In this document: piece after piece, positions 29,305 through 40,348 of the stretch
How the letters are laid out: each line of letters starts with the position of its first letter
Position numbering within the stretch: the stretch's first letter is position 1
Origin: a virus
Strand: one strand, 5' to 3'
DNA length: 64,000 nt
IMG/VR virus record: IMGVR_UViG_3300047409_000726
Span: 1 to 64,000 of that record
The notes under the pieces: model-generated
What the model was told of the DNA's origin: nothing
Databases searched by the model: none
Seen by the model: only the letters and a program-made list of their open reading frames with translations
Translations under genes and position numbers: made by a program

Positions 29305-31158
29305 ATGCAGTCCTTCGACACTGAAACCTTCCTCATCACCGACGGCAACCTTGCCCCGGATCTCGTGTGCATTTCTTTCGCCGGGCCCGACTACGTTGCC
29401 GAGCTTTACCACGCGATCGACGGCTCTCCGACGTTCCGCGCGATGGCCGACTGCGCCTTGGCCAAGAACACTCCGGTGATTGGTGCGAACACCGCCTACG
29501 ACATGGGCGTCATGCTTGCGCACGATCCGTCGCTCGCTGATCGGATCTGGACGCTCTACGACCAAGGGCTCGTGCGCGACGTGATCATGCGTCAGAAGAT
29601 GATCGATATCGCGAAAGGTTGCTACGGCGGATTCAGGCGCGGTGAAGACGGCAAGGCGTACAAGATCGGGTACAGCCTGGCCGATCTCACGAAGCGGCAC
29701 TTGGGTCATGAGCTCGACAAGGGTGCGGACACCTGGCGTCTCAGGTACTCGGAGCTCTACGAGGTGCCTTTGCCTGAATGGCCAGCGGAGGCGCAAGGGT
29801 ATGCCAAGGACGACGCGGTCGCGACGGTCGCCGTCTATCAGGCACAGGAGGCCGACGCGGCGCTGCTCCTCGACGAGCCGGCACGGTGCCGCACGGCGTG
29901 GATGCTCCACCTCATGTCCTGCTACGGGATCAAAACGGATCCGGAAGCCGTCGCCGCGTTCGTTCGGGCCACAGAGAAGAGCGTCGAAGAACTCAAAGCC
30001 GTTCTAGTAAATTGGGGCTTAGTACGTCCAAGCGGCACGCGAGACACGAAAGCTGCGAAGGCTCTTATGGTCAGCGTGTGCGCGGCCAAGGGTTTGGAGA
30101 TCGTAAAAACCGACGGCGGTGACGTCGCCCTCGACGACGCGACGTGCAAGAAGACAGGTGATCCTGTTCTCACCGCTTACGCAAACTTCTCGAGCCTTGC
30201 GAAAGTCGTTTCGACTGACATCCCGATCCTTCTCAAAGGCGTCGACACGCCGATTCAGACTCGTTTCGAACCGCTTCTAGAAACCGGTCGCACGTCGTCG
30301 AGCGCGCCCAATATTCAGAACATCAAGCGCCTGGTCGGGATGCGCGAGTGCTTTCGGCCTCGTCCTGGGTACGTCTTCGTCGACGCGGACTACGCGATGC
30401 TTGAGCTATGCACGTGGGCGCAGACGTGTCTCTGGGCCTTGGGGTACTCGAGGCTCGCGGAAGTTCTGAACGCCGGTGACGATCCGCACTTGGCCTTCGC
30501 GGCTCAGATCCTTGGCATCACCTACGATGAAGCGAAGGCGCGACGTAAGGGCGGTGACAAGGAAGTCGAGCAACGACGTCTCGTGGCGAAGGTCGGAAAC
30601 TTCGGTTTCCCTGGCGGCCTCGGCAAAGACAGTTTCGTCGAATACGCCGCGTCTTCGTACAAGGTGAGCATCACCGTTGAGAAAGCCGCGGAGCTGAAGA
30701 GTTTCTGGCTAGCACAATGGCCAGAAGCCCGAGCGTACTTCGATTGGATTGCGAAGAAAGAACAGGACAGCGGAATTTCGATGCAGCGCTTCGTCGTTGG
30801 ATCGTGGCGCTCCGGTATGCGGTACACGGTCGCGTGCAACGACCCGTTTCAGAGTCTCGGTGCGACGGCCGCGACGTGGGCCGGTTACGATCTCGCGCGG
30901 GCCTGCTACTACGAGCGAGACCATATTCTCTTCGGCTCGCGGCCCGTGAACTTCATCCATGACCAATACCTCGTCGAAGTACTCGACGACTACTACGCGC
31001 ACGATCGCGCGATGGCCGTGGCGAGCATCATGGTCGCGGCGGCGAAGCGAGCGATCCCTGACGTGACGCCGAAGGTCGAGCCTCTCTTGTGTAGGTACTG
31101 GAGCAAGGACGCGAAAGAAGTCTTCAAGGACGGGAGGCTCGTGCCGTGGCCCTCATAG
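29305..31158 (+). CDS. polA: Family A DNA polymerase with 3'-5' exonuclease
   Basis: FDTET, N.AYD, YA.DD exonuclease motifs; TGRTSS..PNIQNI; motif A DADYAMLEL; motif B AKVGNFG; motif C IHDQ. Confidence 0.93.
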   Translation: MQSFDTETFLITDGNLAPDLVCISFAGPDYVAELYHAIDGSPTFRAMADCALAKNTPVIGANTAYDMGVMLAHDPSLADRIWTLYDQGLVRDVIMRQKMIDIAKGCYGGFRRGEDGKAYKIGYSLADLTKRHLGHELDKGADTWRLRYSELYEVPLPEWPAEAQGYAKDDAVATVAVYQAQEADAALLLDEPARCRTAWMLHLMSCYGIKTDPEAVAAFVRATEKSVEELKAVLVNWGLVRPSGTRDTKAAKALMVSVCAAKGLEIVKTDGGDVALDDATCKKTGDPVLTAYANFSSLAKVVSTDIPILLKGVDTPIQTRFEPLLETGRTSSSAPNIQNIKRLVGMRECFRPRPGYVFVDADYAMLELCTWAQTCLWALGYSRLAEVLNAGDDPHLAFAAQILGITYDEAKARRKGGDKEVEQRRLVAKVGNFGFPGGLGKDSFVEYAASSYKVSITVEKAAELKSFWLAQWPEARAYFDWIAKKEQDSGISMQRFVVGSWRSGMRYTVACNDPFQSLGATAATWAGYDLARACYYERDHILFGSRPVNFIHDQYLVEVLDDYYAHDRAMAVASIMVAAAKRAIPDVTPKVEPLLCRYWSKDAKEVFKDGRLVPWPS

Positions 31159-31622
31159 CGATCGATCCGGGCACGCGCGAACAGAACGCACACAAGTCTG
31201 CGGAGAAGACAGGCGTGGCAGTGTTTTTAGGAGGCGCACTAATTTTCGCGACAGCTTGCACAGTTGAAGAAGCTCTTCTCTCCATAAAAGACGCGATGAT
31301 TGGTGCGGATGACGATTGCATCATTGAAGTTCCTCAAGTTTATCCAACACAACACCAGAAGAGCGATCAGAATGATCTGATTGCCCTAGCTGTTACGGTG
31401 GGCCGATATGTTGAGCGCGCGACGTCGTGTGGCTTCCGGATTAAGCTTGTCAAGCCTCGCGAGTGGAAGGGGCAGCTTCCTAAGGACGTGTGCTGGGAAC
31501 GCGCTAAGGAAACTCTGACGCCGACGGAGCTCGCCACGATCCCCGAGCTTCCAAAATCTCACGCGCACAACATGTACGACGCAATCGGTCTCGGAACCTG
31601 GTTCCAGAAAAGGTGGAGATGA
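31146..31622 (+). CDS. RuvC-like Holliday junction resolvase
   Basis: AIDPG, IIEVP, P.EWKG, YDAIG. Confidence 0.8.
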   Translation: MALIAIDPGTREQNAHKSAEKTGVAVFLGGALIFATACTVEEALLSIKDAMIGADDDCIIEVPQVYPTQHQKSDQNDLIALAVTVGRYVERATSCGFRIKLVKPREWKGQLPKDVCWERAKETLTPTELATIPELPKSHAHNMYDAIGLGTWFQKRWR

Positions 31623-31858
31623 AGGTGGCCAAGAAAACGATGACGCTCAAAGCGTGGTTCGAAAGCACGCTCCCGAAAGGCATGACAAAGACCGCCTACG
31701 CCCAGATTTTGGCAGATCGAGCGGGCGGCAAGATCGGAATGTCGACGATCTTGAACACCCTCAAGGGCCACAGGCTCACGAGCTACGCCAAAGGCAAGGC
31801 GATCAGCGATCTCACCGGTGGCAAGGTTCCGCTCACAGAAATCGTGGAAACATTATGA
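31619..31858 (+). CDS. Cro/XRE-like HTH protein
   Basis: Small basic protein with STILN..KG and ISDLTGGKV. Confidence 0.55.
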   Translation: MKVAKKTMTLKAWFESTLPKGMTKTAYAQILADRAGGKIGMSTILNTLKGHRLTSYAKGKAISDLTGGKVPLTEIVETL

Positions 31859-32454
31859 CCGCTATTGAGCCTGTCGCAGTGGCAGACAGCGTTTGGCTTC
31901 GGCGCCCAAACGATCTTGAAAGCAAAGAAGCGCTCGCGGAGCTTTCGGCATCGCTTCAGGATCTTCCGTGCACGTCTCTCACGTACCCGGGAATTTGCGA
32001 AGCGCTCATCGAGGTCAAGGCGCGTGTGAAGAACTTGATCGCGCAGCGCGAGACGGTGCTCGGGCCGCTTCGAGAAGCAGAGCGCGCGGCGCGGGAGTGG
32101 TTCCGAGCTCCGCTCGAGACGTATCAGATGATCGAGAGCGTCTTGAAAGAACGTGTCGCCGGGTATCAAGAAACGCTTCGTCAAGAGAAGCACGCGGCGA
32201 TTGTCGCGGCCGGTCAGGCTCCGACACCGACGGCCATGGCGCAGCTCACGGCGCTCGCGACCCCTCCGACGCCGACGGCGATCACATTTCGGAAGACGTG
32301 GGAGGTCGAGATCACGGATCCGAACCTTGTGCCTCGGGAGTATCTACTCATCGACACGGCGGCACTTCGGAAGGTTTGCGTGGCGACCAAAGGCCAGATC
32401 CAGGTGCCCGGTGTACGTTTCTTTCAGAAAGACGGCGTGGCGGTAGGCACGTGA
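31855..32454 (+). CDS. Coiled-coil phage protein (Gp157/Gam-like)
   Basis: C-terminal W..EITDP.LVPREYL.ID..PGV. Confidence 0.55.
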   Translation: MTAIEPVAVADSVWLRRPNDLESKEALAELSASLQDLPCTSLTYPGICEALIEVKARVKNLIAQRETVLGPLREAERAAREWFRAPLETYQMIESVLKERVAGYQETLRQEKHAAIVAAGQAPTPTAMAQLTALATPPTPTAITFRKTWEVEITDPNLVPREYLLIDTAALRKVCVATKGQIQVPGVRFFQKDGVAVGT

Positions 32455-33167
32455 GCTACGACTCCGAAGAACTCCAGATCGGCATCCTCGAGACGTTCGC
32501 GAGTACCGCGGCCCTCAGCCGGTACAAGGCTGACTTCGGGGAGCTCCCGGCCCGCACCCGGAAGTCGAAAGCACGCGCCGGATCGCTCGGCCCCGGCATC
32601 AACACTCAGGAGTCCTGGCAGAAGATGGTCACGGAGAGGATCAAGAGAGGGCACGTGTGCTGCCCACATTGCGGCGCCATCGCGCCTTCGCACCGTTGTC
32701 CGGTCTTCATCGTGGGGGTGTCGACGTGAAGAAGCAGCAGGTGGTCGTGCGGCAATACGGACGAAAGATGAATGGTCCCTGGCATCTCGTGCGCGACGAC
32801 ACGTTCACCATTTGTGGGAAAAGCCCAGCGCGTCTGCGCCTGCAAACAGTGACGACGCTCGGGCCGCTTAACATTTACCGGATATGCGTTCGCTGCGAGC
32901 ACGTGGTCAGCGCTACCGGCACCACCCGACTAGCAAAGCCATGACGACGCTCTCGAGGCGCGATCTCTGGAAGCTTCGCGTGTACTACGCCAAGCAAGTG
33001 CTTCTCGGCCGTGGCTGGGTGTACTGGGAGCTCTTCGTGTACGCGATGCGCCGATCACCTGGCGTGGACACCTCGACGCCAGGACTCTGCGGCGCGTGCT
33101 CTGCTGGCAAGCACGAAGACTGCTCTAACTGGTGCTACTGCAACTGCGAATTTAACCGGGAGTAAAC

Positions 33168-33641
33168 ATGAAGAGCATCGTTCAAGATTGGGCCTGCAAG
33201 CTCGGGCTTCGTCACCAGGGCGTCTTGATGACAGCGATCCGTGGTTGCGACGGGCTCGAGAAGAACCACATCTCCAAGCGTGTCGCGCGACAGCTTCGCG
33301 CCGACGTTCTCAATTCTCACGTCGGCGATCCTCGAAAGTCGCGGTCGTTCATCCAAGTTTTCGACGAGGGCGTCTTCACCGACATGATCGAGGAGCTCAC
33401 GAGCGAGCTCGACGTTTACCCGCTCCACTACATCATGCACCTCGCGCACGCGGCAGAGGTGCTCGGATACAAGCACCCGGACCTAAACACGAACACGCGA
33501 TGGCGGATCCTCTACTTTCGGGTCTGCAAGCGGCTGCACGTGAATCCGGAAACGGAAGAACAACTCGATCGCCGCCTCGGTGCTTCCGAGGAAGAGTTTG
33601 CGGCGGACGGGAACAACGTGAACGATCTCATCCCTAACTGA
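33168..33641 (+). CDS. Conserved phage hypothetical protein
   Basis: QDW..L..RHQGVL..AIRGCDG, LHY.MHL.HA.E..GY.HP. Confidence 0.55.
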   Translation: MKSIVQDWACKLGLRHQGVLMTAIRGCDGLEKNHISKRVARQLRADVLNSHVGDPRKSRSFIQVFDEGVFTDMIEELTSELDVYPLHYIMHLAHAAEVLGYKHPDLNTNTRWRILYFRVCKRLHVNPETEEQLDRRLGASEEEFAADGNNVNDLIPN

Positions 33642-33670
33642 AAGGAAACCATGAAGAAGCCCAAGTGGGA

Positions 33671-34090
33671 ATGATGTCGAAGAGCCCGAGCCCGCAGAAG
33701 AAGCCCTGTCCGCAAGTCCACCCGAACGGCGAGCGCTGCGCTCTCGAAGCCGGGCACGAAGGCAATCACCAACTCTCGTACGCGCATCGGTGTCACGCCC
33801 GTGGTTGCGCCGCTCGCGTTCGCCCAGAGATGTTGATGTGTCGTTCGTGTTGGTTCCGTGTCCCTAGGCGGATTCAGAGCGCCGTCTATGCCGCCTACCG
33901 CCGCGGCCAGTGCGACGACATGAACCCAAGTGAGTCTTGGCACGAAGCGGCCGACGCGGCGATCGGCTACGTCGCGACGCTCGACGACGAGCCGTTACGT
34001 GTCTCGGAGATGAACGCTTTGAGGAAGTTCGGATACATGGTTCAGGAATCGAACGGCGGGCTCAGGGCTGTGCTCGTCGGGAGGGCGTAG
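33671..34090 (+). CDS. Cys/His-rich hypothetical protein
   Basis: C.LE.GH.G.H and HRCHARGC..LMC..CW motifs. Confidence 0.5.
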   Translation: MMSKSPSPQKKPCPQVHPNGERCALEAGHEGNHQLSYAHRCHARGCAARVRPEMLMCRSCWFRVPRRIQSAVYAAYRRGQCDDMNPSESWHEAADAAIGYVATLDDEPLRVSEMNALRKFGYMVQESNGGLRAVLVGRA

Positions 34091-34454
34091 GCGATGTCTC
34101 CTCTCGTGTTGATAGTTCTCGAGTGCGATGAGTGCTCTAGAACGACCAAAGGATCAGCGCGAATTCGGGTCGCCGAAAACGGAATCGAGATCGAGTACTA
34201 CGATATCTGCGTTGTCAGGGGCAGCGATTGGTTGTTCGAGGAGTTGTTTCAAAGAGCGTTTTGTCCGAAGCACGGGAAAGAGAGACGAAAACGATGACAC
34301 GTCGAAGCGACATGATGCTCGAGGACATCTTCGGGTGCGACCACACGCCGGAGACGCCTATCGTCGACGATTCGGGTGAGATTCTCTACTGGGTGTGTCG
34401 TTGTGGGAAGATGCATTCGGTACCTGAGAAAACCGCTCAAGAAAAGGAAGAGCC

Positions 34455-34808
34455 TTGAAAGTAATCTACTTGGCACACCCACTCAGCGCCCCCACCCAAG
34501 AGGGCATCGACGAAAACCGCCGCAGGGCCGCGCTGTGGGCCGCGTGGGCACTCACGGTGTGCGGCGTTTCGCCGGTCTGCTCATGGATCGTGCTCACGGG
34601 CGTGCTCCCTGAGACGTCCGAGAACCGCAGGCTCGGGCTCGAAGCCGACAAGGCGCAGGTCGCGCTCTGTGATGAGCTCTGGTACGTCGGCGGGCGCATC
34701 TCGAGCGGCATGCGTGAGGAAGCCACCGTCGCGAAGAAGATCGTCGACTTGACGCACTTGGGAGAACGTCCGCCCAACGGTGTCCTGACGATGCTCGAAC
34801 AGCAATGA
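34455..34808 (+). CDS. Nucleoside 2-deoxyribosyltransferase-like (DUF4406-type) protein, copy 1
   Basis: IYLAHPLS, N..RA, CD.L...GGRISSGM..E. Confidence 0.65.
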   Translation: MKVIYLAHPLSAPTQEGIDENRRRAALWAAWALTVCGVSPVCSWIVLTGVLPETSENRRLGLEADKAQVALCDELWYVGGRISSGMREEATVAKKIVDLTHLGERPPNGVLTMLEQQ

Positions 34809-35021
34809 CGATTGATCTCTCCACCCGCCCCCTAACCGACGGCGAGCTCGTTCGGCTTAAGGCGCGCCTACGTGAGTTCCGGTTCCAAGCGACGGCAGCC
34901 CGAGCGCTAGGCGTGTCCGTTGAGACGATCCAGGGCGCGCTCGAGGGGAAACGGGTGCAGTGCGCGAAGCGAGAAAAACTTCTTGCCAACCCCCTGTCAC
35001 TCGCTGTACCTTGCGTGCTGC

Positions 35022-35207
35022 ATGAGAAAACTGAAGAAGCCGCCGCGTCAAAAACAGATTCGGATGGGCGAAGACCTTGAAGCGCAGATTCATGAGTACC
35101 GAAAGATGCTCACCGACCAGACTGGAATCGAGGCTACGTTTTCTGACGCGACGCGAGCGCTTATCCGGAAGGGCCTCAAGACTTTGGGGATCAAGGCGTT
35201 CCGATGA
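35022..35207 (+). CDS. RHH-like regulator, copy 1
   Basis: QIRM.EDL...SDA.RALI.KGL. Confidence 0.55.
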   Translation: MRKLKKPPRQKQIRMGEDLEAQIHEYRKMLTDQTGIEATFSDATRALIRKGLKTLGIKAFR

Positions 35208-35777
35208 AGTTCTCTCGCGTCAGTCGCAAGCTACCCGTCGGAGTCGTGATTCACACCGACGTGCACGAGACGGCGAAGATGTTCGACAGTCTGTTCCGGA
35301 CCGGAACGACGAAACAAATGAAAGTGGAGTCGAACACGCCGATGACGTTGACGCTCGAGGTACCTGACGGTCACGACAAAGCAGTTGCCGCGGCGCTTCG
35401 AGAGATGGCGAACGAGCTGGACGGGATCAAGGCGCAGCGATGAGCGACACCGAGAACAAGTTGCGGCTGTTTGCGAAGATCCTCTGCGAGCTGGCCTGGG
35501 ATCAAGATCCGCCGAGCGGCTACTTCGAGACTTCTCTCGATGACGCTCTCACGGAGCACAACATGACCCGCGACGGCCTAGACGCACTCGCCAAAGAGCT
35601 CGGGTTCGAGTGGCGATGCCAGGACGAGCCGGATGATCCGAAAACTCTTTGCAAAGCTTGCGGTGGCGGCTTCTTCGGCAGTCGGACCCGTAACCTCTGT
35701 TGCTGCGCGGAGGGCGCGAAAGTCGATCGTGGGGCCGAGCTTCGAGAGAAGCTTCGACGATTGGAAGGAGCCCTCAT

Positions 35778-36239
35778 ATGATCGCCGCCTATCTTGCCCA
35801 CCAACTTTCCGCTCTGACCCGTGAGGGTATCGAGCAGAACCGTCGCAACGCCGCGAAGTGGGCCGCGTGGCTCTGGCGGCAAGGCTTCTCGGTCGAGTGT
35901 TCGTGGATCGTCTGCACCGGCGAGCTTGAGGAGACACCGGAGAACCGCGAGCTTGGGCTCAAGTCTGATTGCGAGCAGGTTCGTCGATGCGACGTCATGG
36001 TCCTCTGCGGCCCGCGCATCTCGAGAGGCATGCTCATCGAGGCCGGCGCGGCGAAGCTCATCGTCGACTTCACGCATCTCGGGCTGTCGCTTCCGAGCGA
36101 AGATCTCGAGTGGTGCGACGGCATGCCGGCCACGCTCGCCCACGTCGATGAGATGGCTGCGGCGTACAATCCGAGCGGGCCGGAGCTCGTGCAAAGCGAT
36201 CAGCTCGAGATCGATAAAAACAGGTTGCCATTTACGTAG
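35778..36239 (+). CDS. Nucleoside 2-deoxyribosyltransferase-like protein, copy 2
   Basis: Paralogue of 34455-34808 (YLAH.LSA.T.EGI..NRR.AA.WAAW...CSWIV.TG.L.ET.ENR.LGL). Confidence 0.65.
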   Translation: MIAAYLAHQLSALTREGIEQNRRNAAKWAAWLWRQGFSVECSWIVCTGELEETPENRELGLKSDCEQVRRCDVMVLCGPRISRGMLIEAGAAKLIVDFTHLGLSLPSEDLEWCDGMPATLAHVDEMAAAYNPSGPELVQSDQLEIDKNRLPFT

Positions 36240-36262
36240 ACCGTTGTATCGTTTCGTAGCTC

Positions 36263-36478
36263 ATGCCATCACCGTCGAAGACCAAAAAACACTGGAAGCA
36301 GGGGTTTAAGGTCAAGCACCACTCGCTCGGAGCACCCGTGCAGCTTCGTCTGAGCGAAGATCTCAAAACCCGTATTCTCATGTACCAGGTGCAGGTGTTC
36401 AACAAGCTCGGCGTCGAGATGTCTTTCTCTGTGGCTTTGCGTTCGCTCATCGAGAAGGGACTAGAGGCTTCCCAATGA
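36263..36478 (+). CDS. RHH-like regulator, copy 2
   Basis: QLRLSEDL...SFS.ALRSLIEKGL. Confidence 0.55.
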   Translation: MPSPSKTKKHWKQGFKVKHHSLGAPVQLRLSEDLKTRILMYQVQVFNKLGVEMSFSVALRSLIEKGLEASQ

Positions 36479-37150
36479 CCCCCCGCGCGTCAGTCGGTGC
36501 CGTTCTCGCCTCTGCCCTTCGCAAGGTCGTGGGAAACCACCTCTCGCGTAGCGGTCTCGGACACGTCTGGAAGGACGATTTCACATGGCTCGAACTCGCG
36601 CGAGAAATTGATGCGGCTCTGCGCGGTCATCTAGTGCTTGTCGACAAGAAGATCTACGACGAGCTCGTTGCCGACGCGAATCAGATGCGTTACGCCCGCA
36701 AGTGCATCGAGGAGTACAAGGCGCGACTTCCACCGGACAAGAAGAAGGATGGGGTAAAAAACCCTTACGTGCGATGGGCGCTCGAACACATGCCGCCGAA
36801 GGAGGGGACGTGAGCAAGAAGAAGGATCCTCGCTCGTCGTTTCTCAATGTCGACGATGATGAACTCGGAAGAGTAGATTTGCACCACGTGGGGGCGTGGA
36901 AACGTGTGCCGTCAACACGCGAAATGTTGATCGACACACTCGCTGCTGCTACGAACGCGAAGCACGCTATTGCGATCGTTGAAGCGCTTGAAGCGTACCT
37001 TGCGGAGCCTGCTGATCGTGTCGCTGGATTAATTGTCTTGCCTCCTGATCCTAGCCAAGAACTACGTGTGCTTCGTAGAGAGCGTGATGAAGCCGTAGCC
37101 CGCGCTGAGAAGGCTGAACAAGAGTTGGCGAAACGTGACGAGGAGGGCTC

Positions 37151-37450
37151 GTGAGCAAGAAGGACCAGATCCGAATCGGCCAAGAGGTCGGCCCCAACAC
37201 GCGCCTCGTCGAGCGCCGCAAGAACGGCCGCACGAGTGTCGGCACGCTCACGCCGATGAAGGACGGACAATCGCTTCTCACCGGCGCGGAGATCGTGAAG
37301 GTCTCCCTCGACGAAGACGACGAGTGGCACGACGTCGAGACGATCTACGCGCCTGAGCCGGCGCTCAGCGGGCCGCCGCAGGTCGCGACGCCCGCGTACA
37401 AGAAGGGCTACGACCGGATTTTTGGAAAGCAGAAGGTGGGGCTCGCGTGA
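37151..37450 (+). CDS. Hypothetical protein of a family I recall from myxobacteria
   Basis: C-terminal SGPPQVATPAYKKGYDRIFG. Confidence 0.45.
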   Translation: MSKKDQIRIGQEVGPNTRLVERRKNGRTSVGTLTPMKDGQSLLTGAEIVKVSLDEDDEWHDVETIYAPEPALSGPPQVATPAYKKGYDRIFGKQKVGLA

Positions 37451-38735
37451 GGTTCTTGCCGGAAGGTCGAACGTCGATGAAGTCGCGCTATCGCTACGCG
37501 CTTCGGACTCTCACAAGTCCACCACAGCGCCTCACGCTTGAGGCCGGACCGTTTGATGCCTCAGAGGCAATGGATTTCGGAGAAGCGGAAGCGAATAAAC
37601 AGACCGTGCTCACCGGGCGCGAGTGGGTGTACGACTACCAGAGGATTGTCGAGGCTCAACCGGGGTCGCCGCGCGTTTCGTTGCTCATGCCTGAGTACGT
37701 CATGCATTTGTTGGCGGTCGTGATCTTCGTGTTGACAGCGATCATGATTTTCGAACGTTGCACGTGAAAGGATCGAAGTAAAAATGGCTACTAGAGACGC
37801 AAAAGAAAAAGAGCTGTGGGCCGCGTTCGCGGTGGCGGCGATGCAGTCGTACAGCCCCGACGTCGCCGACGCCGACGACATGGATGAAGTGATCGACGGC
37901 ATGGTCGAGGTCGCGTCGACGTTCGCCGACGCGATGCTCGACGCTATGGACGCGCGGTACACCGAGAAGGGGCGCCGGGGCGCCAAGCGTCGCCGCGCGA
38001 GTGACGCGGACGATGATGACGACGAGGACGACTAGATGGCGAACTTGAAAGAAGAGAAGCGCCAGAAGGCGAAAAAGCTCATCGAGCTCGCGTTTGACAA
38101 CCCCGACAGCGAAGAGGGGGACGCGGCCGCGTGGCGCGCGCTTCGCATCATCCGGAAGTATAAGTTGCTCGACACGCCACCGCTCGACGGCATTCTCGAG
38201 AACGAAACCGTGCGCGCGGTGAAGAACGTCGCCGACGTGGTCACGAATCCCGAGTTCGTCGGCAATTTGAAAAGTCTCGGGCAAACGCTCGGGGGGTTGG
38301 CGGCGGCAGCCAAGGCACGGAGGCGACGAGGATGACAACAAAATTGATCCGTTCGTGTACCGCGTGCGGGACTTCGTTAGGTGAAGGTCATGAACGAGGC
38401 CCGTGGGTTTCGTTTTCTTTCAGTTTGGAAATGTTCCCAGGATATTCAGACTCGAAAGCTGTGCAAAGCAGTGAACACATCGACGTGTGCTCTGGTGCGT
38501 GTGCGAGAGAAGTGCTCGACAAAGCGGTTCGCGAATTCGAAGAATGCGTCACCGAGAAGCTAGCAGCAAACAGTACCGGCTCTGGCAATTTCTCGGGACC
38601 GTGCCCAGGTTGTGGGAATGCGCTGACGATTAACATGTCCGGTGGTGTAGATGTGGCACGACACGTCGGACGATCTTGTGAATGGTTCAGTTCACGTCCG
38701 CTTTTCAAGATACTTGAACTAGTTCGGAGTGGAGT

Positions 38736-39146
38736 GTGACCGGCTCCGGCGACTTCTCGATCGGCAGCAAAGTCTGGCCGGGCACCTCGAAGCTTCTCGA
38801 AGAGATGGGCGAGCTTCAACAGGTGCTCGGTAAGCTCATCGCCGTCGCGGGGAGCACCGAGCATTGGGACGGTGACCTCAGACCGAGGCTCATCGAAGAG
38901 ATCGGTGACGTCTCAGCAGCGCTTGGTTTTTTCATGGAGCAGAACTTCGTGGGCGATGAATCTTTGATCGCTAATAGAATCGTGGAGAAGCTTCGACTCT
39001 TTCGAAAGTGGCACACCGGGCAAGATCAACACATTCGATGCTCTGGGCGCAGTCCTATGGGAAATCGATGCGAAAAATTCAGCGGTCATCTTGGCTCGTG
39101 TCACGCGAATGACGGCGAGCACGTCGAAGATTGGATGAACACATGA
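38736..39146 (+). CDS. MazG-like NTP pyrophosphohydrolase
   Basis: KLLEEMGELQQ..K and LIEEIGDV. Confidence 0.75.
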   Translation: MTGSGDFSIGSKVWPGTSKLLEEMGELQQVLGKLIAVAGSTEHWDGDLRPRLIEEIGDVSAALGFFMEQNFVGDESLIANRIVEKLRLFRKWHTGQDQHIRCSGRSPMGNRCEKFSGHLGSCHANDGEHVEDWMNT

Positions 39147-39592
39147 GACCGACTTGGCCCGAAACTTGGATGTCGATCGCGCGTGTCATCGCCGAGCGAT
39201 CCTACGACCCTCGCCTCAAGGTCGGCGCGATCATCGTCACGAGCGACAACACACAGATGCTCTCCGGCGGCTACAACGGTAACTACGCCGGTGGCCCACA
39301 CGAGCACGAGTCGCCTGAGCCTGGGCAGAGTGGGTTTATCCACGCCGAGGTGAACGCGCTCGTGAAGCTCGACTTCAACAACCCGAAAGAGAAACACCTG
39401 TACCTCACGCATTCGCCGTGCAGAATGTGCGCAAAACTCATCATCAACGCCGGCATCAAGCGTGTGGTGTACGGCGAGGCGTACCGAGACCCGAGTGGTG
39501 TGAAGCTCTTGCAGGGGGTTGGCGTCGATACGTATTCGTTTGAAGATGCTGTTTGGGCTGCGAAGAATCCGGGTGCTGGGCCGTCTCGATGA
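39143..39592 (+). CDS. dCMP deaminase
   Basis: KVGAII, GYNG, HAEVNA, SPCRMC, GIKRVVY. Confidence 0.92.
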   Translation: MRPTWPETWMSIARVIAERSYDPRLKVGAIIVTSDNTQMLSGGYNGNYAGGPHEHESPEPGQSGFIHAEVNALVKLDFNNPKEKHLYLTHSPCRMCAKLIINAGIKRVVYGEAYRDPSGVKLLQGVGVDTYSFEDAVWAAKNPGAGPSR

Positions 39593-40120
39593 AAATTCTT
39601 GTGCCGTTTTGGTCTTGTGACGTTCCCGTACCGGTGTGCTCGTCAAGATCACGTGACGGGTTGCGGTATGCGGTTGGACACTATTTTTGGAAGGACAGAT
39701 TGAAATTTATTCACCATCGCATACCGTGTACACCGTGAAAATCCACCGCTCCACCGGCTACATTCACATCGATCTCTCCGGGGCCGAGGCTGCGGTGCTC
39801 TTCGAAGAGCTCGAGAACGTCCGCGGCGGATCGAAGCTCCCGAAGGTTCGTCAGGTGTGCGAGGGGCTCAAGGAGTCGCTCGGGCTCAATGCTCTGATGG
39901 CCGTGTCGGAGTCGTACAGGCGGAAATACGCCCCCAGGAAGACACTATCGCTCGTCGTCAACGACGCGCCACGTGCCGATCACGCTCAACACGAAAAGCA
40001 CGTGAGCCACGATCGCGGTGGCGATGGCGACGTGAGTACGAGGGACGCCACTGACGACCCACGCGAATGCGAGCGTGAGCCCTTGAACGATCGCTAGCCC
40101 CGTCAGGCGTGTGGCGCGGC

Positions 40121-40348
40121 TCATGCCTCAGGTGCTCCGGGGATCTTCCGGTTCGTGATTATTTTGAGCGCGATCGAGAGCAGCGGGCCCTCGATGTGTT
40201 TCGGTACCAAGATGCCGAGTTCGCGCTGTGCCCGATCAAGCGCAGCGCCGAATGTTAGGTTGTTGTCGGCCGTGAGAATGTCGATGACCCTCTCGAGCAC
40301 CGGTGCGCAGTGTCGCGCGTCGCGTAGCGCTTCTTCGACGGCTGTCAC
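40121..40348 (-). CDS. Small hypothetical protein, last gene of the putative Cas7-like operon
   Basis: GTG at 40348 overlaps the upstream stop. Confidence 0.45.
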   Translation of the reverse strand: MTAVEEALRDARHCAPVLERVIDILTADNNLTFGAALDRAQRELGILVPKHIEGPLLSIALKIITNRKIPGAPEA

